Notes under the pieces: generated by a model
The model's input: the letters and a program-made list of their open reading frames with translations, nothing else
Databases searched by the model: none
Told to the model about the DNA's origin: nothing
Position numbers and translations under genes: made by a program
In this document: positions 53,748 to 64,000 of the stretch, one piece after another
Numbering within the stretch: position 1 is the stretch's first letter
Layout: every line of letters begins with the position of its first letter
Assembly: GCF_006345805.1 (NCBI RefSeq)
Contig: NW_021836172.1
Coordinates: 6,197-70,196, forward strand
Source of the DNA: Octopus sinensis
Lineage: Eukaryota
Direction: 5' to 3'
Length of the DNA: 64,000 nucleotides

Positions 53748-56700
53748 ACTCCTACCAATATGGAATTGGGTTAGCAGAAGCAAAATAAATAGTCCTACCA
53801 ATATGGAATTGGGTTAGCAAAAGCAAAACAAATAGTCCTACCAATATGGAATTGGGTTAGCAAAAGCAAAACAAATAGTCCTATCAATATGGAATTGGGT
53901 TAGCAAAAGCAAAACAAATAGTCCTACCAATATGGAATTGGGTTAGCAAAAGCAAAACAAATAGTCCTACCAATATGGAATTGGGTTAGCAAAAGCAAAA
54001 CAAATAGTCCTACCAATATGGAATTGGGTTAGCAAAAGCAAAACAAATAGTCCTACCAATATGGAATTGGGTTAGCAAAAGCAAAACAAATAGTCCTACC
54101 AATATGGAATTGGGTTAGCAAAAGCAAAAGAAATAGTCCTACCAATATGGAATTGGGTTAGCAAAAGCAAAACAAATAGTCCTATCAATATGGAATTGGG
54201 TTAGCAAAAGCAAAACAAATAGTCCTACCAATATGGAATTGGGTTAGCAAAAGCAAAACAAATAGTCCTACCAATATGGAATTGGGTTAGCAAAAGCAAA
54301 ACAAATAGTCCTACCAATATGGAATTGGGTTAGCAAAAGCAAAACAAATAGTCCTACCAATATGGAATTGGGTTAGCAAAAGCAAAAGAATAGTCCTACC
54401 AATATGGAATTGGGTTAGCAAAAGCAAAACAAATAGTCCTACCAATATGGAATTGGTTAGCAAAAGCAAAACAAATAGTCCTACCAATATGGAATTGGGT
54501 TAGCAAAAGCAAAGAAATAGTCCTACCAATATGGAATTGGGTTAGCAAAAGCAAAAGAAATAGTCCTACCAATATGGAATTGGGTTAGCAAAAGCAAAAC
54601 AAATAGTCCTACCATATGGAATTGGGTTAGCAAAAGCAAAACAAATAGTCCTACCAATATGGAATTGGATTAGCAAAAGCAAAACAAATAGTCCTACCAA
54701 TATGGAATTGGGTTAGCAAAAGCAAAACAAATAGTCCTACCAATATGGAATTGGGTTAGCAAAAGCAAAAGAAATAGTCCTACCAATATGGAATTGGGTT
54801 AGCAAAAGCAAAAGAAATAGCCCTACCAATATGGAATTGGGTTAGCAAAAGCAAAAGAAATAGTCCTACCAATATGGAATTGGGTTAGCAAAAGCAAAAG
54901 AAATAGTCCTACCAATATGGAATTGGGTTAGCAAAAGCAAAAGAAATAGTCCTACCAATATGGAATTGGGTTAGCAAAAGCAAAAGAAATAGTCCTACCA
55001 ATATGGAATTGGGTTAGCAAAAGCAAAACAAATAGTCCTACCAATATGGAATGGGTTAGCAAAAGCAAAAGAAATAGTCCTACCAATATGGAATTGGGTT
55101 AGCAAAAGCAAAAGAAATAGTCCTACCAATATGGAATTGGGTTAGCAAAAGCAAAAGAAATAGTCCTACCAAATGGAATTGGGTTAGCAAAAGCAAAACA
55201 AATAGTCCTACAATATGGAATTGGGTTAGCAAAAGCAAAAGAAATAGTCCTACCAATATGGAATTGGGTTAGCAAAAGCAAAAGAAATAGTCCTACCAAT
55301 ATGGAATTGGGTTAGCAAAAGCAAAAGAAATAGTCCTACCAATATGGAATTGGGTTAGCAAAAGCAAAAGAAATAGTCCTACCAATATGGAATTGGGTTA
55401 GCAAAAGCAAAAGAAATAGTCCTACCAATATGGAATTGGGTTAGCAAAAGCAAAAGAAATAGTCCTACCAATATGGAATTGGGTTAGCAAAAGCAAAAGA
55501 AATAGTCCTACCAATATGGAATTGGGTTAGCAAAAGCAAAACAAATAGTCCTACCAATATGGAATTGGGTTAGCAAAAGCAAAAGAAATAGTCCTACCAA
55601 TATGGAATTGGGTTAGCAAAAGCAAAAGAAATAGTCCTACCAATATGGAATTGGGTTAGCAAAAGCAAAAGAAATAGTCCTACCAATATGGAATTGGGTT
55701 AGCAAAAGCAAAAGAAATAGTCCTACCAATATGGAATTGGGTTAGCAAAAGCAAAAGAAATAGTCCTACCAATATGGAATTGGGTTAGCAAAAGCAAAAC
55801 AAATAGTCCTACCAATATGGAATTGGGTTAGCAAAAGCAAAAGAAATAGTCCTACCAATATGGAATTGGGTTAGCAAAAGCAAAACAAATAGTCCTACCA
55901 ATATGGAATTGGGTTAGCAAAAGCAAAAGAAATAGTCCTACCAATATGGAATTGGGTTAGCAAAAGCAAAAGAAATAGTCCTACCAATATGGAATTGGGT
56001 TAGCAAAAGCAAAAGAAATAGTCCTACCAATATGGAATTGGGTTAGCAAAAGCAAAAGAAATAGTCCTACCAATATGGAATTGGGTTAGCAAAAGCAAAA
56101 GAAATAGTCCTACCAATATGGAATTGGGTTAGCAAAAGCAAAAGAAATAGTCCTACCAATATGGATTGGGTTAGCAAAAGCAAAAGAAATAGTCCTACCA
56201 ATATGGAATTGGGTTAGCAAAAGCAAAGAAATAGTCCTACCAATATGGAATTGGGTTAGCAAAAGCAAAAGAAATAGTCCTACCAATATGGAATTGGGTT
56301 AGCAAAAGCAAAACAAATAGTCCTACCAATATGGAATTGGGTTAGCAAAAGCAAAAGAAATAGTCCTACCAATATGGAATTGGGTTAGCAAAAGCAAAAG
56401 AAATAGTCCTACCAATATGGAATTGGGTTAGCAAAAGCAAAAAAGAAATAGTCCTACCAATATGGAATTGGGTTAGCAAAAGCAAAACAAATAGTCCTAC
56501 CAATATGGAATTGGGTTAGCAAAAGCAAAAGAAATAGTCCTACCAATATGGAATTGGGTTAGCAAAAGCAAAAGAAATAGTCCTACCAATATGGAATTGG
56601 GTTAGCAAAAGCAAAAGAATAGTCCTACCAATATGGAATGGGTTAGCAAAAGCAAAAGAAATAGTCCTACCAATATGGAATTGGGTTAGCAAAAGCAAAA

Positions 56701-59700
56701 GAAATAGTCCTACCAATATGGAATTGGGTTAGCAAAAGCAAAAGAAATAGTCCTACCAATATGGAATTGGGTTAGCAAAAGCAAAAGAAATAGTCCTACC
56801 AATATGGAATTGGGTTAGCAAAAGCAAAAGAAATAGTCCTACCAATATGGAATTGGGTTAGCAAAAGCAAAAGAAATAGTCCTACCAATATGGAATTGGG
56901 TTAGCAAAAGCAAAAGAAATAGTCCTACCAATATGGAATTGGGTTAGCAAAAGCAAAAGAAATAGTCCTACCAATATGGAATTGGGTTAGCAAAAGCAAA
57001 AGAAATAGTCCTACCAATATGGAATTGGGTTAGCAAAAGCAAAAGAAATAGTCCTACCAATATGGAATTGGGTTAGCAAAAGCAAAGAAATAGTCCTACC
57101 AATATGGAATGGGTTAGCAAAAGCAAAAGAAATAGTCCTACCAATATGGAATTGGGTTAGCAAAAGCAAAAGAAATAGTCCTACCAATATGGAATTGGGT
57201 TAGCAAAAGCAAAAGAAATAGTCCTACCAATATGGAATTGGGTTAGCAAAAGCAAAAGAAATAGTCCTACCAATATGGAATTGGGTTAGCAAAAGCAAAA
57301 GAAATAGTCCTACCAATATGGAATTGGGTTAGCAAAAGCAAAAGAAATAGTCCTACCAATATGGAATTGGGTTAGCAAAAGCAAAAGAAAAGAAATAGTC
57401 CTACCAATATGGAATTGGGTTAGCAAAAGCAAAAGAAATAGTCCTACCAATATGGAATTGGGTTAGCAAAAGCAAAAGAAATAGTCCTACCAATATGGAA
57501 TTGGGTTAGCAAAAGCAAAAGAAATAGTCCTACCAATATGGAATTGGGTTAGCAAAAGCAAAAGAAATAGTCCTACCAATATGGAATTGGGTTAGCAAAA
57601 GCAAAAGAAATAGTCCTACCAATATGGAATTGGGTTAGCAAAGCAAAAGAAATAGTCCTACCAATATGGAATTGGGTTAGCAAAAGCAAAAGAAATAGTC
57701 CTACCATATGGAATTGGGTTAGCAAAAGCAAAACAAATAGTCCTACCAATATGGAATTGGGTTAGCAAAAGCAAAAGAAATAGTCCTACCAATATGGAAT
57801 TGGGTTAGCAAAAGCAAAACAAATAGTCCTACCAATATGGAATTGGGTTAGCAAAAGCAAAAGAAATAGTCCTACCAATATGGAATTGGGTTAGCAAAAG
57901 CAAAAGAAATAGTCCTACCAATATGGAATTGGGTTAGCAAAAGCAAAAGAAATAGTCCTACCAATATGGAATTGGGTTAGCAAAAGCAAAAGAAATAGTC
58001 CTACCAATATGGAATTGGGTTAGCAAAAGCAAAAGAAATAGTCCTACCAATATGGAATTGGGTTAGCAAAAGCAAAAGAAATAGTCCTACCAATATGGAA
58101 TTGGGTTAGCAAAAGCAAAAGAAATAGTCCTACCAATATGGAATTGGGTTAGCAAAAGCAAAAGAAATAGTCCTACCAATATGGAATTGGGTTAGCAAAA
58201 GCAAAAGAAATAGTCCTACCAATATGGAATTGGGTTAGCAAAAGCAAAAGAAATAGTCCTACCAATATGGAATTGGGTTAGCAAAAGCAAAAGAAATAGT
58301 CCTACCAATATGGAATGGGTTAGCAAAAGCAAAACAAATAGTCCTACCAATATGGAATTGGGTTAGCAAAAGCAAAACAAATAGTCCTACCAATATGGAA
58401 TTGGGTTAGCAAAAGCAAAAGAAATAGTCCTACCAATATGGAATTGGGTAGCAAAAGCAAAAGAAATAGTCCTACCAATATGGAATTGGGTTAGCAAAAG
58501 CAAAAGAAATAGTCCTACCAATATGGAATTGGGTTAGCAAAAGCAAAAGAAATAGTCCTACCAATATGGAATTGGGTTAGCAAAAGCAAAACAAATAGTC
58601 CTACCAATATGGAATTGGGTTAGCAAAAGCAAAAGAAATAGTCCTACCAATATGGAATTGGGTTAGCAAAAGCAAAAGAAATAGTCCTACCAATATGGAA
58701 TTGGGTTAGCAAAAGCAAAAGAAATAGTCCTACCAATATGGAATTGGGTTAGCAAAAGCAAAAGAAATAGTCCTACCAATATGGAATTGGGTTAGCAAAA
58801 GCAAAAGAAATAGTCCTACCAATATGGAATTGGGTTAGCAAAAGCAAAAGAAATAGTCCTACCATATGGAATTGGGTTAGCAAAAGCAAAAGAAATAGTC
58901 CTACCAATATGGAATTGGGTTAGCAAAAGCAAAAGAAATAGTCCTACCAATATGGAATTGGGTTAGCAAAAGCAAAAGAAATAGTCCTACCAATATGGAA
59001 TTGGGTTAGCAAAAGCAAAAGAAATAGTCCTACCAATATGGAATTGGGTTAGCAAAAGCAAAAGAAATAGTCCTACCAATATGGAATTGGGTTAGCAAAA
59101 GCAAAAGAAATAGTCCTACCAATATGGAATTGGGTTAGCAAAAGCAAAAGAAATAGTCCTACCAATATGGAATGGGTTAGCAAAAGCAAAACAAATAGTC
59201 CTACCAATATGGAATTGGGTTAGCAAAAGCAAAAGAAATAGTCCTACCAATATGGAATTGGGTTAGCAAAAGCAAAAGAAATAGTCCTACCAATATGGAA
59301 TTGGGTTAGCAAAAGCAAAAGAAATAGTCCTACCAATATGGAATTGGGTTAGCAAAAGCAAAACAAATAGTCCTACCAATATGGAATTGGGTTAGCAAAA
59401 GCAAAAGAAATAGTCCTACCAATATGGAATTGGGTTAGCAAAAGCAAAAGAAATAGTCCTACCATATGGAATGGGTTAGCAAAAGCAAAAGAAATAGTCC
59501 TACCAATATGGAATTGGTTAGCAAAAGCAAAAGAAATAGTCCTACCAATATGGAATTGGGTTAGCAAAAGCAAAAGAAATAGTCCTACCATATGGAATTG
59601 GGTTAGCAAAAGCAAAGAAATAGTCCTACCAATATGGAATTGGGTTAGCAAAAGCAAAAGAAATAGTCCTACCAATATGGAATTGGGTTAGCAAAAGCAA

Positions 59701-60366
59701 AAGAAATAGTCCTACCAATATGGAATTGGGTTAGCAAAAGCAAAAGAAATAGTCCTACCAATATGGAATTGGGTTAGCAAAAGCAAAAGAAATAGTCCTA
59801 CCAATATGGAATTGGGTTAGCAAAAGCAAAAGAAATAGTCCTACCAATATGGAATTGGGTTAGCAAAAGCAAAAGAAATAGTCCTACCATATGGAATTGG
59901 GTTAGCAAAAGCAAAAGAATAGTCCTACCAATATGGAATTGGGTTAGCAAAAGCAAAACAAATAGTCCTACCAATATGGAATTGGGTTAGCAAAAGCAAA
60001 AGAAATAGTCCTACCAATATGGAATTGGGTTAGCAAAAGCAAAAGAAATAGTCCTACCAATATGGAATTGGGTTAGCAAAAGCAAAAGAAATAGTCCTAC
60101 CAATATGGAATTGGGTTAGCAAAAGCAAAACAAATAGTCCTACCAATATGGAATTGGGTTAGCAAAAGCAAAAGAAATAGTCCTACCAATATGGAATTGG
60201 GTTAGCAAAAGCAAAACAAATAGTCCTACCAATATGGAATTGGGTTAGCAAAAGCAAAACAAATAGTCCTACCAATATGGAATTGGGTTAGCAAAAGCAA
60301 AACAAATAGTCCTACCAATATGGAATTGGGTTAGCAAAAGCAAAACAAATAGTCCTACCAATATGG
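53748..60366. repeat. 43-bp satellite, about 154 copies (aatagtcctaccaatatggaattgggttagcaaaagcaaaa[c/g]a)
   Basis: Direct observation; near-identical units with no spacers. Confidence 0.98.
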
Positions 60367-61035
60367 TAATAGATGAAGACTTCCCTCCCCTTCCCTCGGT
60401 CCCTGGCAACAATAATGGGGAAGGGGAGGAGGAGAAGTAGAAGACTGTCAACGCACAGTAACAACAATAGTAGCAGAAACACTAACAGCGGCCGAAATGA
60501 CAACAGCAGCAGTGGAGGCGCAATGGCCCAGTGGTTAGGGCAGCGGACTCGCGGTCGTAAGAACGCGGTTTCGATTCCTATTGTGAGTGTTTATTGAGCA
60601 AAAACACCTAAGCTCCACGAGGCTCCGGTGGGTGGTGGTGGTGGTGAACCCCGCTGTACTCTTTCTCTCACTCTTTCTTCCTACATCTGCCACAAATCAG
60701 AGGAACCATGGTGTAACCCACCATGGTGTGGTAAAATCTCAGACCCTAGTCTAGATTGCGAACCCTCTGTACCCCAGGATGGTTCAGCTCCCCACCCGTT
60801 AAAAGCCACCGCTTACGGAATGAGGATAGCAATGTAGCTTTCGCGCCCGTGCAACCGTGTGGTGGGTGGATCTTCAACTTGCCACACGCATTCTTAGTAG
60901 CTTAGAGTAGGTTCGAATTGTGTCTAATGGCGTGAGTCCTGATTGGAAGAAGAAGAAGACAACAGCAGCAGACGCAGCAGCAGCAGTAGTAGTGGTGGTG
61001 GTGGTCGTGTCGTGGTGGTCGTGGTGTTAGTGGTT

Positions 61036-61083
<48 letters not shown>

Positions 61084-61384
61084 ATATTGAGATCAGCAAC
61101 ATCTACGACCGTGACAATGACGATAACAACAACAATGGCAACAACAACAACGAGAATAAGTGACGACATCAACAACAACAACAAAGCAAATACCAACATC
61201 GATAAGAAGGGCAACAAGAACGGCAGCAGCATCAGTTACAACAACAAAAACAACAACGAAAACAATACAAACAAAAATATCAAAATACTGCTTCGCAGCA
61301 GCAGCAGCAGCCGGGACCGAGCTGCGATCTGTGTTTTAAGTGTGATTCTGAGGCTGACACCATCGCACGTGCTATCGGTGTCAG

Positions 61385-61860
61385 CCTGAGAATTACACTT
61401 AAAACATATTTTTAAGTTTGACAACAAACTGTATAGGCAGACGAAAGGCGGTGCTATTGGAGTAGGGATCGCTGGTGACGTTGCAAACCTATTCATGGTG
61501 GGACAAACATTTTAAACAGTGCCTAGCAAACCGTAACATCCACTTGGCTATGGACACTCGTTACGTCGACGACATTAACCTTGTCGTGAAATGTTATAAT
61601 ACAGACGCAGTTATGGGCCCTCTACCAAGTGAAGAACAGGTGATGACATCTATACAACACATAGCTGACCCTATCCACAGCAGTATAAAAGTTACCATAG
61701 ACAACCCCTCTAAACACCCCAGTAAGCGATTACCCGTCCTAGATACTGAGCTATGGATAGAAGATGCTATGGTTAATGGAACCATTAAACCCTGTATACT
61801 CCACTCACACTATCAGAAACCGATGGCTAATCCACTAGTAATCCGTAGTGACTCAGCTAT
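61385..61860 (+). mobile_element. Penelope-like element reverse transcriptase remnant
   Basis: FKFDNKLYRQTKGGAIG..IAGDVANLFM, RYVDDI, LPVLD..LW and HYQKPMAN; flanked by simple repeats. Confidence 0.85.
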
Positions 61861-62060
61861 TATATAATATAATATTATATTTATCCTTTTTTTATAATTT
61901 TTGTTATTTATTTATTGGTTTATGTCTATCAGTGTTTGCGTTGCCTGAGAGTGGTTTTATCTCTAATTTAATTTAAACATAATAAATGGGGAATAATAAT
62001 ATTAATACCAGCGGCCTAGCACAAAACACGAATTAGTCATTACACTATATATTATTCATA

Positions 62061-62217
62061 TAGAAATACAATAAAAGGCTTCCAAATAGGAAAGCGTTGT
62101 GCTAGAAAGAGCAGTAGAAATCTCAAAAACAACAAAAACAGGATAAATTTGTGTTTTTTGTGATTTCTACTGCTTTTTCTAGCACAATGCTTTCCCAAAC
62201 CTCTTATTGTATTTCTA
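62061..62217. repeat. Imperfect hairpin with about 70-bp arms
   Basis: gaaagcgttgtgctagaaagagcagtagaaatc pairs with gatttctactgctttttctagcacaatgctttc. Confidence 0.8.
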
Positions 62218-62255
62218 ATTTAATTTATATATTCATATATATATATAAATATATA

Positions 62256-62495
62256 TAGTGTAGTTGTATACTGTCAACTCAACCGTGACACTCCCGTAAG
62301 GGAATTACACTACCGCTATTTAGCCCTAGGAAGCATCGACACTTCCTGTCGACCTTGACACATTTCCTGTATCCTTATATATTTACGATCTGTCAAGGCC
62401 GGCAGGAAGCGTCGATGCTTCCTAGGGCAAAACAGCGGTAGTGTAGTTCCCTTACGGGACTGTCACGTTAAGTTGACGGTATACAACCACTCTAT
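62256..62495. mobile_element. Hairpin MITE with about 105-bp arms and a 30-bp spacer
   Basis: gtgaca.tcccgtaagggaa.tacactaccgct..gccctaggaagcatcgac and its reverse complement. Confidence 0.85.
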
Positions 62496-62546
62496 CGCTC
62501 CACCACCGCATATATTTCTATGAGATATTTAGAAATTTAATATTTC

Positions 62547-62586
<40 letters not shown>

Positions 62587-63559
62587 TATATACATATATA
62601 TACAAGCATATATATATATATATATATTTATATATATGTAAACGTTATAAATATATATTTATATGTATGTGTGTGTGTGCATACGCACACATATGTATAT
62701 ATTTATACATATATAACGGCGCCCTGGCATGATTACAGCTGACACTAGTTAAAGAGCTGTTATGCATATACATGTGTTATACATATACACACCTAATTCA
62801 ATTAAATACACACATATATACGCATGTATGTATATGTATTAATATGCATCCTTATCCTTATGTTAGAACATTCACACAAACAAGAGACAAGATACAAAAG
62901 CAGAATGAAACACTCCCAGCAACATTCCAATGAGAGGATGGATTGGTTGATAATGTTGATGTCCTACTTAAGGGAAATGTCTAGTTTCATAAACGAGGTC
63001 AACCGGATTATTGTTATCATTAGACTCTTTTAAGGCAGACTCGTTAGTACTCCGGGCGAAACGCTCACCAGTATATCGCCCGTCACTACGTTCTGAGTTC
63101 AAATCCTACCGTGGTCGTCTTCGCTTTTAATCCGTTCGGGGGTCGATAAAATAAGTACCAGTGAAACACTGGGAGCGATGTAATCGACCAGTGCCCTGCT
63201 CACAAAGTTCCAGGCCTTGTGCCTATAGCAGACTCATGATCGTAAGATTGTGGTTTCAATTCCAGGTCCGTGAGTTTCGTTGTGTCTTCGAGCTAAGCAC
63301 TTCAGTTCCCATTGCTCCAGACTCCAGTCCACTCAGCCAGCAAATGTGGGTCATCCTGTGACAGGCCGACGCTCCGTCCAGGGGTGGGGATATATGTATC
63401 ATAAAAACCGGGAAACTGGGAAACCAACACCCACGAGTCTATATGATACGAGAAGGGTCTTTAACCATTATACCCTATTATATTCTTTATTGCATTATGT
63501 GTTTCAACCCCAAATCTGTGGCCATGCTGGGGCTGTGCCAGTGTCATCACCTTTGCAAA

Positions 63560-63900
63560 GGCCATTCTCACGTGATTGGTTTCATCTGGAGTCTGAAGGC
63601 CAAGGTGATTCTTAAAAACATCTACAGCCCCTTCATGTATATCTCTTAGGGGTTCTAGCAAGATCTTAAATAGCCGTGATTTTTAGAATCCTAAGCTGTT
63701 GCGGCGGCTGATAGTTACTCTAAACTGGATCAATGGGACCTTGGGAACAGCGCAGTGGTTTCCTGTTTGGGAGCTGGTACCAAGTGAGGTTGTGGAACCA
63801 CTGGCAGAATATCCGAGAATGTATGTTTCCAATGCGGTAGATGCAGTGGAGCAGGTCATATGCGCACAGCAGAAATTGAGTCCCTTAAATGTTTGGCTGG
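63560..63900 (-). mobile_element. CR1/L2-like LINE 3' remnant
   Basis: LFKILLEPLRDIH..VDVFKNHL..PDE resembles a LINE ORF2 C-terminus. Confidence 0.45.
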
Positions 63901-64000
63901 CTCATTAGAAGGTGTTGATCGGTTTTGCTACGAAAGAATTGTAAAATAAACGAGGCCCAGTATATACCCATGATGACTACCCGTCTGATAAGGGTACACC

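Noticed and set aside
53748-60366. CRISPR array or coding repeat (signal-peptide-like ORFs)
   Set aside because: No unique spacers and no cas genes. The 43-bp unit is not a multiple of 3, so the ORFs arise only from indels.

Overview
This window is eukaryotic, AT-rich and repeat-dense. The SINE families and microsatellite load resemble an octopod cephalopod genome (inference). There are no prokaryotic operons or CRISPR arrays. One host gene is supported: a multi-exon adhesion GPCR on the minus strand. Eight phase-compatible GT-AG exons (35928 down to 9547) encode an HRM domain, a GAIN domain, a GPS motif (CDHL/TSFALLM) and TM1. TM2-7 were not found and may lie left of the window. One GAIN exon has an in-frame TAG at 33112-33114. 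The rest is mobile-element debris: R4/Dong-like and Hero-like RLE LINEs, RTE, Tx1/L1 and CR1-like LINEs, Gypsy, Academ, Chapaev, mariner, Helitrons, Penelope-like RT and GIY-YIG remnants, tRNA-SINEs, hairpin MITEs and a 6.6-kb satellite of 43-bp units. The most notable unannotated signal is a set of minimal type I hammerhead ribozyme motifs: four with an intact core and pairing and three degenerate. They come from several apparently unrelated families, and most sit in elements that abut (TA)n. Two lie in the ~450-bp inverted arms of a 3.4-kb Penelope-derived element, and most are on the receptor's sense strand. Coordinates were read by eye, and repeat boundaries are approximate.
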